NCBI GenBank assembly: GCA_963726265.1 | Contig: CAVSBQ010000002.1 | Coordinates: 768,001 to 832,000, forward strand | From: Candidatus Aenigmatarchaeota archaeon | Lineage (GTDB): Archaea > Aenigmatarchaeota > Aenigmatarchaeia > QMZP01 > QMZT01 | Direction of reading: 5' to 3' | Length of the DNA stretch: 64,000 bases | Shown here: positions 9,330-19,171 of the stretch, one piece after another | Position numbering within the stretch: the first letter of the stretch is position 1 | Layout: every line of letters begins with the position of its first letter | The notes under the pieces: model-generated | Told to the model about the DNA's origin: nothing | Seen by the model: only the letters and a program-made list of their open reading frames with translations | Database searches by the model: none | Program-made: the position numbers and the translations under genes

Positions 9330-12300
9330 TTGTTTTTGGCGTTTGCAATATTGTCCGTCATGGTGCTGGCGAGCATGTCCGGCATCTTTTCTCAGCAATA
9401 CGAGGACAAGTGGTGGGACGCCAACTGGCATTTCAGGGTCGGCATAGAGATAAACAACACGGGCTACAACAGGACTAACTGGACCGTCGAATACGCCATC
9501 AATTTCACCCAGGTCCTCCACAACATGAGCCTCTACGAAACGTTCGACGAGAACTCGACGCGCGTGGTGGAGTATAATTCCAGCGGCTCCATACTGCATG
9601 AAATCCCGTCGCAGTTCGACAAAGGCGACGGTTACGCTGCGGGTACGAACGCGGCCGGAACCGTCGTATTCACCATGAACGGCACCACCGTCGCGAACCA
9701 GAAGCGCTACTTTTACGTCTACTTCGACACGCTTGAGCACGGCAGCAAGGCCGTGGCAAATTACGCCACCGACCTTGTCTACAACTATACCGGCGGCATG
9801 GGGGAATTCAACATAAACAACTCGCTCTTCCGCTGGTGGATGGACACGGAGCGTGGAGAGAACACCTCGGGCATTTACTACGTGAGGAATGTCCGCGAGA
9901 ATACGGATGACGAAAACGAGATACTGAGGGTCAACGATTCCAACAACATGACGGTCGAGTATTCGCAGCTTTCGAACGCGACGGACAGGTTCGGCTTCGA
10001 CTTCAGGAACAACGCGACCTTCAAATACGCGGGCCCGGTCAGGATAGTGGTGGAGCAGCGCGGGGACGAGGTATACTGGAACCAGCCCGACAACAAGACC
10101 AACGAAGGCTACATGATAAAACGCTATACCTTTTACCGCTACAGCGACTGGATTAAAATAGAGCAAATTTACGTCAACAACGCGAGCTACAACATCACGA
10201 GGAACTCGACGGTCGCCGGCGCGCTCGCGCTTGACATTTATTATTCCTTCATGACCTCCGGCTACAGCACCTATTCCAACATGTCGAACACCATCGACCC
10301 AGGCTCCTACGGCTGGGCTTCGGAGGCCACCGGAACATGGTGGATAGGCATACTGAACCTTTACGAGAACGGCACCAGCAACTTCTTCGGCCTCGAGGAC
10401 AGCACGGCAGGAAGGCTGGGCATACAGCTCAACCTGACCAACATAAGCGCCGGCAGCTCAATAAGGCATGTCGCCGCCATCCAGTTCAACGGAAGCGGCC
10501 AGGCAGGCCAGGAAGAATATTTCAGGAACTTCGTTAACCAGAGCATCACTTCGCTTGATATAACAACCCTTGGCGGCGAGGCATGGACGGTCGTTACCGG
10601 CAAAAAATTCTACATGAACGCCACAAACGAGGCAAGCATATTCAACAGGAACGAGAGCATCAGGATATGGGCGAACATCACCGATCACTACAACCTGTCG
10701 AAGTTCGTCAATGCCAGCCTAAACCTCGGAGGCGCGGGCGAACTCAACCTGACGCTTTACGACGACGGCGCGCATGGCGACGGCGGGGCGAACGACAGCA
10801 TATATGCATACACCTACAACCTGTCCGATGCCGCCGCAGTGGGCGTGTGGAACGCGACGTTCAGGGTTTACAACGTGAGCGGCTACCTGCTCAACACGAG
10901 CTCATTAACGTTCAACGTCACCAACGTCTACAACGTCACGGTCAACATCTCGAACCCGACCGGCTTCACAGAAAGGCTCATAAACACGACGGTTTACGTG
11001 AAAAACTTCAGGGGCGACTCGTGGATTACGGGCGCAAGCCTGAACTGCGCTTTCGATTCCACCCCGGTGCCGTCACAGAACATAACTGACAAGGGGAACG
11101 GCACGTACAACGTCCTGTTCACCGCACCGTCTTACGCAGGGCTGTTCACGCTCGCGTGCAACGCGACGAGGAACAACAACACCGGCTACGCCACGGAAGA
11201 GTTCACGTGCGAGACCTACACCACCAACATAACCATAATGCCCACGCCCCAGAATTTCACGGCGGCGAATGTCACGTCCTATTCGAACCAGACCTTCAAC
11301 CTGAGCGTCTTCGCCTTGAACACCGCGAACGGAACGGCGTATGACATGAACCTATCGCTGGTCTTCTCCACACCGAACATAACCGCCAATGTGACGCAGC
11401 AGGGATGCGGCAACGTGTTCATCTCCAAGAACTGCACCAAAACCTTCCAGGTCATAATCACGAGCCTGACGCCCCAAGGCAACTACACGGCAAACATAAG
11501 CGCCTCCTGGAGGAACTCCAACGCGTCTGTCGCAGGCCATAACAGCACCATCATGAACATCACAGTCATGCCGAATCCCATCCTCAACGTTTCAGACACT
11601 TACATGATCGCCCTGATAGCGGCAGGCAAGGTACTCAGGAACATAAAGAACGTCACCGTTTATTCCCTGGGCAACGAGCCCCTCTCCAACGTCAGTTTCA
11701 ATGTTTTCAATTTCGGCAACAACTTCACCTTCGGTTTCGTCCCCGCGAATCTCACCTTGCTCGGAGCCGGGACGTCGCAAAGCGTGGAGATATGGCTCAA
11801 CGCCACCGCGGACACGCCGCCCGGCGAATACAACGGCACCATAAACGTGACGACTTCGAACGACGGCTCAAAGGCCATGAACCTCACCATCGCCGTCTCC
11901 GGAACCAACATGTCGCTGGTGCTTGACAAATACAATTTCACCGCAGAGAACGTGACATGGTACCAGAACCAGAGCTTCCCGCTTTACATCAACACCAGCA
12001 ACATGGGCAACTCGACAGCATACAACGTCAGCATGATGCTCAATTTCTCCGACACCAACATAACTTCCAGCGCAAATACTTATGCCTGCGGCAACGTCCC
12101 CAAAGGCGCGCTTTGCAACGCGTCCTTCGCCATAAACATCCTCAACCGCACCCATTCGGGCAACTACACCATCAACGTCAGCATCCAGTGGGAAGACCCT
12201 GACCAGGGGACTAGCTCCAACACGACTCTCTTCAACATAACAGTCACGTCGCACATAAACCTTTCCATACCGCAGAATTCCATCTCGAACAACGTCACCC

Positions 12301-15248
12301 ACGGGACCGAGAAGGAGATAGGCATCCTCATACTGAACTCGACGGGCAACGACCCCGTGGAGAACATAAACTTTACCGTCTACAACTTCAGCTCTGATTT
12401 CACCTTCGAGTTCATCCCCTCCAGCATCTCCTGGCTCGGAGGCGAATACCCCCAGGGCCTCAAGATAAATGCGACCGTGAGGTATGGCCAGCCGCCCGGG
12501 ACATACGCAGGGATACTCAACGTCACCAGCTCCAACAGCGGCAACAAGGCAATAAACCTCACGCTGGAGGTGCCGACTTCGATGACTTGGAACATGAGCG
12601 CTACCTACTGCGAGAAGGTCGAGTCGCCCGAAGAGGGGACGGCCTGCGAAATCGTGGTCAACAACACGGGCAACGTCATCGTAAACTACAGCATAACGCC
12701 CGTCGCCAATGCGACGAACATGTTCAACTACACGTGGACGAACAAGACCAGCTTCGTCGTCCCCAACGGGACTTTCGTGACCTTCGCCGTCCTTTACAAC
12801 ATAACCAACCAGACCATAAAATTCTACTATGCCAATTACACTGTCGACGCCCTGCAGGGCGGCTCAAGCCCGGACAGCCTGCTGCTGCAGATAATCCTCA
12901 ACCCCTTCATAAAGCCGAACGTCGAGGTTTTCGTCTACCCCAACATGACCGAGCAGACTGATGGGGTGTGGATATACGCCAACGTCACCGACCAGTCGGG
13001 CGCTGGCATAGCCGACGGCAACGTGACCGCGACGGTAAGAAAACCGGACGGCACGAATTCGACGGTGGCCATGCTTTTCTACAGCGGCGTGCACACGGGC
13101 GGCGTTTCAAGATGGAAAATACAATACCCGAGCAACTTCAGCGGCGGCGCGAACACGACGCTCAAGGGCTACTATAACATAAGCATTTTCGCAATCGATG
13201 GCCAGGGCAAGAACACCACACACAATACGACTGCCTTTTTAATATACTATAAGCTCTTTGTCGAACTCAACGCCAGCCAGCACGCATACAGGGGCGATTC
13301 GCTGGAGATAAGGCTCAGGTCTCATGACGCTCTGGGAGCGCCGCTGCCGGGAGCCAGCGTGAATCTCACGCTCACGGACCCCAACGGCGGCAACAAGGAC
13401 TACTACATGTGGGGCGGCAAGTATTTCGTAACGGATTCAAACGGAGACGCGGGAGGCTTTTATCTCATACCGTCGAATGCGATACTCGGCAACTACACCT
13501 TCGCTTCCAATGCCTCATACAACGAGACCACTGTCAGCAGGACGATACAAAACACATCTTCGCTGCAGTTTGACGTGAGGGACGTGAGCGAAGTGTCGGC
13601 GATGGCTGACATTCCCGACCCCGTTTACAGGGACAAGGTGATGCCGATCAGCATCTTCATCCTCGACCACGGCGAATGCGTCCAGACAGAGCCCGACACC
13701 ATAGAGCTCACGATATATTATACCGAGGGCTATTCGCTCCAGCAGTGGAGGAGGCTTACGAAGCTGAACCTTACCCAGAACTCGACATGCTTCTACACGT
13801 ACGGTGAACTCATCGGCAGCAACGTCCTGACAGGCAGTTATCTGGCCGTCCTGAGGGTCGGCTATGGCGACAAGGAGGCATGGGACCTGAAGGCTTTCAG
13901 GATAACTACCGGCGGCCCATACGACGTCGCTGTGAACATGCTGGAGACGTCCGTCCCGAAGGCCGACTACGTCGACTTCGAGCTGCTGCTCACGAACATG
14001 GGCGGCACGACGCCGGACGTCCTTGTCGAATACTGGGTCTCGGGGGCGAATCAGACATGGGATTACAGGTCCGAATCCATCATGGTCAACGCCTATGCGA
14101 ACAGAACGCTGTTGAGGAGCCTCTACATCCGGTCTGACCAGTCGGTCGGCCAGTATTACGTGAACGCGAAGGTCACGTACGACCCGATAAACAACCTTTA
14201 CGCGATTGCAAACTCAAGTTTCACCGTCACTGAGGCCGCTGCAGAACAGCCTCCAGGCGGGGCGCCGGGAGGCGGCGCAGAAGAGGGCGGAGGAGCTGCG
14301 ATTTCTTCCGCGCCGCCCAAGATAGAAATCATACGATACCCGCAGGAGCTCGGCATGGAGCTGGATACGGTAAAATATCCCGTCGTCGAGGTGAAGAACT
14401 CAGGCGGCTCCAAGCTGTATAACGTGACGCTCAGGCTGAGCGGGATTCCCTCGCCGTGGGTACAGGAAATAACGCCGAAGGTCATACCGGAAATCCCGGT
14501 GGGCAACATCTCCATCTTCACCATAACGCTAAAGATTCCGCCAACCGCGGAAGCGAAGGAATACGCGGGCCAGATAATCGCCGACGCGAACATCACGAAA
14601 GACGAGAAGACGTTCTCGCTCACGCTTTTCACGACCCGCGCGCAGCTCATCAGCTGGGAGATAGACAGGCTGAAGAAGGCGCTGCAGCAATTCGAGGTCG
14701 ACGTCGAAAGCGCGAAGAAGGCCGGCAAGAACGTTAAGGACGTCACCCCATACATCGACCAGATAAAGGAGCAGATAAGGCTCGCCGAGGACTACCTGGG
14801 AAAGAAGATGTATGACGAGTCGCTCAGCGCGGTCCAGAGCGGCTGGAGCATGCTCGAAAAGGCGAGATACCTTCTGGCTCAGGCGCCGTTCACCGAGATA
14901 CTTATAGAGACGATATTCCCGCCGTGGCTCATCGCCCTGCTGGTCGTGCTCGTGGTCGCGATAGCCATACTGCTGTTCTTCGTGAGGAGGATGAAGGGCG
15001 TTTTCGACAGGATATTCAGGATGCAGGCGCCCGGAGGCGGCGGGGCGGCGAAGCCTTCGGTCATGGTCGAGAAGATGAAGGAGCGGGAGAACCTGGGAAA
15101 GGAAGAGATGAACATCAGAAAGGTCATGGGCCTGCTGGAGAGGCAGTACAAGGAAGGCCTCATAACCGAAAACGCCTACATGAGCCTCAAGGCAAGGAAC
15201 GAGGAGAAGCTTGCGAAAATCGAGCAGATGAAAGCGGCGATGAAGTGA
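9330..15248 (+). CDS. Giant single-pass surface glycoprotein (DUF2341-like N-terminal domain, Ig-like repeats, TM helix, cytoplasmic SHOCT-like tail)
   Basis: N-terminal hydrophobic signal, WWDANWHFRVGIEI motif, LYDDGAHGD Ca-loop-like motif and many sequons. TM WLIALLVVLVVAIAILLFFVRR followed by tail LERQYKEGLITENAY. The true start may be ATG at 9322 (after GGTGAG) with a 1-nt indel. Confidence 0.85.
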   Translation: MFLAFAILSVMVLASMSGIFSQQYEDKWWDANWHFRVGIEINNTGYNRTNWTVEYAINFTQVLHNMSLYETFDENSTRVVEYNSSGSILHEIPSQFDKGDGYAAGTNAAGTVVFTMNGTTVANQKRYFYVYFDTLEHGSKAVANYATDLVYNYTGGMGEFNINNSLFRWWMDTERGENTSGIYYVRNVRENTDDENEILRVNDSNNMTVEYSQLSNATDRFGFDFRNNATFKYAGPVRIVVEQRGDEVYWNQPDNKTNEGYMIKRYTFYRYSDWIKIEQIYVNNASYNITRNSTVAGALALDIYYSFMTSGYSTYSNMSNTIDPGSYGWASEATGTWWIGILNLYENGTSNFFGLEDSTAGRLGIQLNLTNISAGSSIRHVAAIQFNGSGQAGQEEYFRNFVNQSITSLDITTLGGEAWTVVTGKKFYMNATNEASIFNRNESIRIWANITDHYNLSKFVNASLNLGGAGELNLTLYDDGAHGDGGANDSIYAYTYNLSDAAAVGVWNATFRVYNVSGYLLNTSSLTFNVTNVYNVTVNISNPTGFTERLINTTVYVKNFRGDSWITGASLNCAFDSTPVPSQNITDKGNGTYNVLFTAPSYAGLFTLACNATRNNNTGYATEEFTCETYTTNITIMPTPQNFTAANVTSYSNQTFNLSVFALNTANGTAYDMNLSLVFSTPNITANVTQQGCGNVFISKNCTKTFQVIITSLTPQGNYTANISASWRNSNASVAGHNSTIMNITVMPNPILNVSDTYMIALIAAGKVLRNIKNVTVYSLGNEPLSNVSFNVFNFGNNFTFGFVPANLTLLGAGTSQSVEIWLNATADTPPGEYNGTINVTTSNDGSKAMNLTIAVSGTNMSLVLDKYNFTAENVTWYQNQSFPLYINTSNMGNSTAYNVSMMLNFSDTNITSSANTYACGNVPKGALCNASFAINILNRTHSGNYTINVSIQWEDPDQGTSSNTTLFNITVTSHINLSIPQNSISNNVTHGTEKEIGILILNSTGNDPVENINFTVYNFSSDFTFEFIPSSISWLGGEYPQGLKINATVRYGQPPGTYAGILNVTSSNSGNKAINLTLEVPTSMTWNMSATYCEKVESPEEGTACEIVVNNTGNVIVNYSITPVANATNMFNYTWTNKTSFVVPNGTFVTFAVLYNITNQTIKFYYANYTVDALQGGSSPDSLLLQIILNPFIKPNVEVFVYPNMTEQTDGVWIYANVTDQSGAGIADGNVTATVRKPDGTNSTVAMLFYSGVHTGGVSRWKIQYPSNFSGGANTTLKGYYNISIFAIDGQGKNTTHNTTAFLIYYKLFVELNASQHAYRGDSLEIRLRSHDALGAPLPGASVNLTLTDPNGGNKDYYMWGGKYFVTDSNGDAGGFYLIPSNAILGNYTFASNASYNETTVSRTIQNTSSLQFDVRDVSEVSAMADIPDPVYRDKVMPISIFILDHGECVQTEPDTIELTIYYTEGYSLQQWRRLTKLNLTQNSTCFYTYGELIGSNVLTGSYLAVLRVGYGDKEAWDLKAFRITTGGPYDVAVNMLETSVPKADYVDFELLLTNMGGTTPDVLVEYWVSGANQTWDYRSESIMVNAYANRTLLRSLYIRSDQSVGQYYVNAKVTYDPINNLYAIANSSFTVTEAAAEQPPGGAPGGGAEEGGGAAISSAPPKIEIIRYPQELGMELDTVKYPVVEVKNSGGSKLYNVTLRLSGIPSPWVQEITPKVIPEIPVGNISIFTITLKIPPTAEAKEYAGQIIADANITKDEKTFSLTLFTTRAQLISWEIDRLKKALQQFEVDVESAKKAGKNVKDVTPYIDQIKEQIRLAEDYLGKKMYDESLSAVQSGWSMLEKARYLLAQAPFTEILIETIFPPWLIALLVVLVVAIAILLFFVRRMKGVFDRIFRMQAPGGGGAAKPSVMVEKMKERENLGKEEMNIRKVMGLLERQYKEGLITENAYMSLKARNEEKLAKIEQMKAAMK

Positions 15249-15430
15249 CGCCGCAACACTAAATACCCATAATAAATAGGACATCCGTGCAAAAAAGCAG
15301 CTGATTTTTAGGCCGTTCCAACAAACGGTTAATGTTCCAGGAAGGGGGGTGGGTATTTAATAACCCCCCGGGAATAGTATATTTATATAAGTAATGGCCC
15401 TTTCATACAGGAAAGTAATGGCGTGGTCGC

Positions 15431-16093
15431 ATGAGAACCAAGCAGAAGATAACGGACTACAAGAATTTCTGGCTCATATGGATAAACTGCGCCGGCGGCG
15501 AAAAAGGGATATCGCTTTTTGAGATACAGACCAGCTGGGACGTGAAGACGAACTACCTCTACCACAACGAGGTCGGCCTTAAAAGCCCGCTCTTCCGCAG
15601 CATGACGAGGGAGAATTACATAACCAAGGAAGGCAAGCGGCTGAAGGCAAAGTTCGAGTGGATTCCCGCGTATGTCAGGGAGAAATACCCCGCGAAGGAA
15701 ACGAACGAAAGCTGGCTGCCCGATTTCCTGATAAGAACCAGGTGGCCGGCCGTCCAGAAATTCATGGAGAAATACCATGCCGTCCTTTTCGACGTGAAAA
15801 ACCTGAAGATTCTATACAGGAACGACAAGGAGCTCGTGGGGCGGTATGGCCCGCAGATATTCGCGGACGTTCTCCTTTACGTGCTCTTCTCGAACCTCAG
15901 GGTCTTCTGCAAGAAATACGAAGCCGACGTCGTGCTCCGCATGATTACGACGTCCATATCAATCGCCTGCGAGAGGGACATAATGAATTACATGCGCGTG
16001 ATCGACTCGAAACTCGGGAAGGTGGTCGACTTCCCCGTGCTCGTTCGCGACGAAAACGAGCTCTCGAGGATGCTGTGCGCACTCAAGTGGTGA
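15431..16093 (+). CDS. Hypothetical protein upstream of MinD, possibly with an N-terminal winged helix
   Basis: 220-aa ORF with host-like codon usage. TATA-like TTTATATAA at ~15382 and GTGG RBS-like site. Confidence 0.65.
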   Translation: MRTKQKITDYKNFWLIWINCAGGEKGISLFEIQTSWDVKTNYLYHNEVGLKSPLFRSMTRENYITKEGKRLKAKFEWIPAYVREKYPAKETNESWLPDFLIRTRWPAVQKFMEKYHAVLFDVKNLKILYRNDKELVGRYGPQIFADVLLYVLFSNLRVFCKKYEADVVLRMITTSISIACERDIMNYMRVIDSKLGKVVDFPVLVRDENELSRMLCALKW

Positions 16094-16153
16094 AGCAACG
16101 GCCAACGAAGCAAAGATTTAAGAAATAAAAACAAGGTATACGCAGAGGGTAAT

Positions 16154-16924
16154 ATGAGCAGGGTAATAGGCATAATTTCCGGCAAGGGTGGGGTTGGCAA
16201 GACGACCGTAGTGGCGAATCTCGGCTCCATCCTCGCGCAGAAGTTCAAGAAAGACGTCATCGTCATCGACTGCAACGTCTCGACGTCGCATCTCGGGCTC
16301 TACCTGGGCATGTATTACACGCCCGTCACTTTGAACCAGGCCCTTACAGGCGAGGCGAAAATAGAGGATGCCATTTACAATTATCACATAAGCGGCTTGC
16401 GCGTCATACCAGCGTCGCTTTCGTTCAGCGACCTGAAGGGCGTGGACATCGCGCGCCTGAGGAACACGATAAAGAAACTCTTTGGCAAGGCGGACATCAT
16501 ACTACTCGACGCCGCTCCCGGCCTCGGCAGGGAGGCGATGGCGACGGTCCGCGCGTCGGACGAGGTCATATTCGTGAACACGCCGTTCGTGCCGTCGACG
16601 ATGGACATCATAAAATGCCATCAGGTGGCGAATGAGATGGGCGTCAAGCCGCTGGGAGTGATACTCAACATGGTGGGCAGGGAGAAATACGAGCTCACGC
16701 CCAAGGAGGTCGAGGAGCTCATAGAGCTGCCCGTCATATCCAGCATACCCGTGGACAAGAACGTGTTGCGCAGCCTCGCGCTCAAGATGCCAGTCGTCCT
16801 TTTCTCGCCGGGTTCGCCTTCGAGCAAGGAATTCGTCCGCCTGGCCGCGCACCTGCTCGGCGAGAAGTACGAGCCCGAGGGGCTTTTCACAAACTTCTTC
16901 AGGATGTTCTCCAGAAAGAAGTAA
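16154..16924 (+). CDS. minD: MinD/ParA-family ATPase (archaeal MinD type)
   Basis: Deviant Walker A SGKGGVGKTT, IDCN, LLDAAPG and GVILN motifs. C-terminal amphipathic membrane-targeting helix GLFTNFFRMF. Confidence 0.9.
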   Translation: MSRVIGIISGKGGVGKTTVVANLGSILAQKFKKDVIVIDCNVSTSHLGLYLGMYYTPVTLNQALTGEAKIEDAIYNYHISGLRVIPASLSFSDLKGVDIARLRNTIKKLFGKADIILLDAAPGLGREAMATVRASDEVIFVNTPFVPSTMDIIKCHQVANEMGVKPLGVILNMVGREKYELTPKEVEELIELPVISSIPVDKNVLRSLALKMPVVLFSPGSPSSKEFVRLAAHLLGEKYEPEGLFTNFFRMFSRKK

Positions 16925-16952
16925 TTTATAGAAACCTCGCGAAATTATCTAT

Positions 16953-17219
16953 ATGATGTATGAGATTGCTGTCATAGCTCTGCTCGCGGTAATCTGCTTT
17001 TTATTATACAAGTTATATAGAATAAAATATACGGTTGGGGCAGGCAGAACGGGGTTTATACCCGAGAATCTGAAGAAGGACCTCGATGACATCGTTCCGG
17101 AGAGAAAAAGGGAAACGGAGATGAGGTTCAGCGACATTAATGCTAGAATTTCCGGGCTCGAACGAAGGCTCGAAAAGAGTGAAAGGTTTGTCGAAAAGCT
17201 TATCGAAGAGCTTGGTTAA
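16953..17219 (+). CDS. Small membrane-anchored protein with C-terminal coiled coil
   Basis: N-terminal TM (IAVIALLAVICFLLY) and heptad ISGLERRLEKSERFVEKL. Confidence 0.7.
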   Translation: MMYEIAVIALLAVICFLLYKLYRIKYTVGAGRTGFIPENLKKDLDDIVPERKRETEMRFSDINARISGLERRLEKSERFVEKLIEELG

Positions 17220-17233
17220 TCGGGGTGTCTTGC

Positions 17234-19171
17234 ATGGCTAAAAAAACGAAGGGTGAATTCGAAAAAATGGGCGATCTGGGCAAGGGTGTCGACGAATCCG
17301 AGGGCGACGCCGAAAAAAACATAGAAGAGATAGAAAATTTCGACGCAACCAAGCCGCAGGGAAAGGCTTCCGAAGAGGCCGGCGAGGAAACCGGAGGGAA
17401 GAAAAAGAAGAAGCGGGCGACCGAGGACGTCGATGCTCTAAGGGAAGAGCTTGAGCAGGAGAAGGAAAAATCAAAGGGCCTCGCTGCGATAATAGAGAAA
17501 GTCTCAGCCGCTTCAGGCGACGAAGAGCCGGAGGAAGAAAGAAGCTCCAGTAATAATAGTGATAATTCTGCCGAAGTCGATTCAAAAATAAGGTCAATCG
17601 AAGGCAAGATAAACGACCAGGTCCAGACGCAGATTAAGGACGTGCGCACTGCCATAACCGCGATGGCCTCGAAGATAGACGAGGTTTCCAAGGCGGAAAA
17701 ATCCGAGAAGGCGGGCAGCAAGGTCAAGGACATGGTGGACAAGCTCGAGGCGGACACGTCCAAGAGGATATCCGACCTTCAGGAAGAGATAAGGAAGATG
17801 GTCGAGCGGATAGAGCAGCCGAGGAAGGAGGAAGAGGTGTCCAAAGGACTGGCGGTCTTCGGCGGGCGCGTCGACCTGAAGAACGACATACTCGAGATAA
17901 AAAGCTCCATAAAGGAACTCGAAAAAAGCATCCGCGAGGTGAAGGAAGAAGCCGACACAAGGATAACGAGGGTGAGGGAGCAGATAAAAGTCCTTGAGCG
18001 CATGCCCATGCTGGAGGAAAAAATCGAGGGCCTCACGGAGCGCATGAGCCCCGCCAACATCGAGAAGCTGAAAAAATTCGTATTTTCCGCCGACGAGATA
18101 ACGGGCGAGATCATACCCAACGAGGTCGAGAAGAAGCTTTCCAAGGACCTGACGCCCGTGTTCAACGACATGCGCGGCATCAGGAGCGACATAGAGAAGC
18201 TCAGCGAGAACATAAAGACGCTCTTCAACGAGACAAACTACTTCAAGGGAGAGATAAAGACGCTCTACAAGATGGGCGATTATATTTCCGAGCTGCAGGC
18301 CGAGAAGGAGAAGACGCACAGCAAGATAAACGAGAAGGAAGCGAATCTAATCTCGATGATGAACAAGCTCGAGGCGGTCTTGCAGAAGAAGGCGGACCTC
18401 ATGAACGAGCGGCTTGAGAAATTCGACAGGATGTTCACGGGCAAGCTTGAGGACAAGGCCAAGGAGTTCTTCGACGAGTTGACAGAATCGAAGTTCCTCG
18501 AGCTCGAGGACAGGACGGAGAAGAACCTCGCGGTCTCGCGGGCGAAGGTCAACGACATGTTTTCGAAGTTCGTCCAGTTCCAGAACGTCGTCAACCCGAC
18601 GCTTTCCCTGATAAAGGAGGAGATAGAAAAGACGAACACCCGCCTGGATAAGCTGAAGGTGAAGCACGACGAGTTCGAGAAGGACATAGAGGAGAACGCG
18701 AAGGACATGTTCAACGACATAGTGGGGCCCCAGATAAAGGCCATAAGCAACGAAACTGCGAAGTTCACCAAGGACGTCAGCGGCCGCCTCGAGGACTTCG
18801 AGGCGGAGTTCGTCCAGTTCCAGAACGTCGTCAACCCTACCCTCACCCTCTTCAAGAACGACATCTCGAAGCTCGACACGAAAATCGAGAAGCAGAAGAC
18901 GCGCCAGGACTCGTTCAAGGAGGACGTCAAGGAAATCGCTGACGTCAGGAAGGAAATCGAGGGCATGAGGGAATGGGTGAAGTATTTCGAGGCGAAGCAG
19001 AAGGAGAACGAGAAGCACATGCTCGTCCTCGGCAGCAAGCTTGACGAGACCGTCGCCGAATTCAACGCCATCGTCAAGGAAACCATTGCGGAGAAGAAGA
19101 AGTTCGAGGACGAAAACCGCAAGCAGAGGGAAAAGATAAATATACTTCTTAAAGAGCTGAAAAGCGGATGA
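17234..19171 (+). CDS. Long coiled-coil protein with 80-aa internal repeat
   Basis: E/K-rich and helical. FVQFQNVVNPTL is repeated 240 nt apart. The stop overlaps the next start (ATGA). Confidence 0.8.
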   Translation: MAKKTKGEFEKMGDLGKGVDESEGDAEKNIEEIENFDATKPQGKASEEAGEETGGKKKKKRATEDVDALREELEQEKEKSKGLAAIIEKVSAASGDEEPEEERSSSNNSDNSAEVDSKIRSIEGKINDQVQTQIKDVRTAITAMASKIDEVSKAEKSEKAGSKVKDMVDKLEADTSKRISDLQEEIRKMVERIEQPRKEEEVSKGLAVFGGRVDLKNDILEIKSSIKELEKSIREVKEEADTRITRVREQIKVLERMPMLEEKIEGLTERMSPANIEKLKKFVFSADEITGEIIPNEVEKKLSKDLTPVFNDMRGIRSDIEKLSENIKTLFNETNYFKGEIKTLYKMGDYISELQAEKEKTHSKINEKEANLISMMNKLEAVLQKKADLMNERLEKFDRMFTGKLEDKAKEFFDELTESKFLELEDRTEKNLAVSRAKVNDMFSKFVQFQNVVNPTLSLIKEEIEKTNTRLDKLKVKHDEFEKDIEENAKDMFNDIVGPQIKAISNETAKFTKDVSGRLEDFEAEFVQFQNVVNPTLTLFKNDISKLDTKIEKQKTRQDSFKEDVKEIADVRKEIEGMREWVKYFEAKQKENEKHMLVLGSKLDETVAEFNAIVKETIAEKKKFEDENRKQREKINILLKELKSG

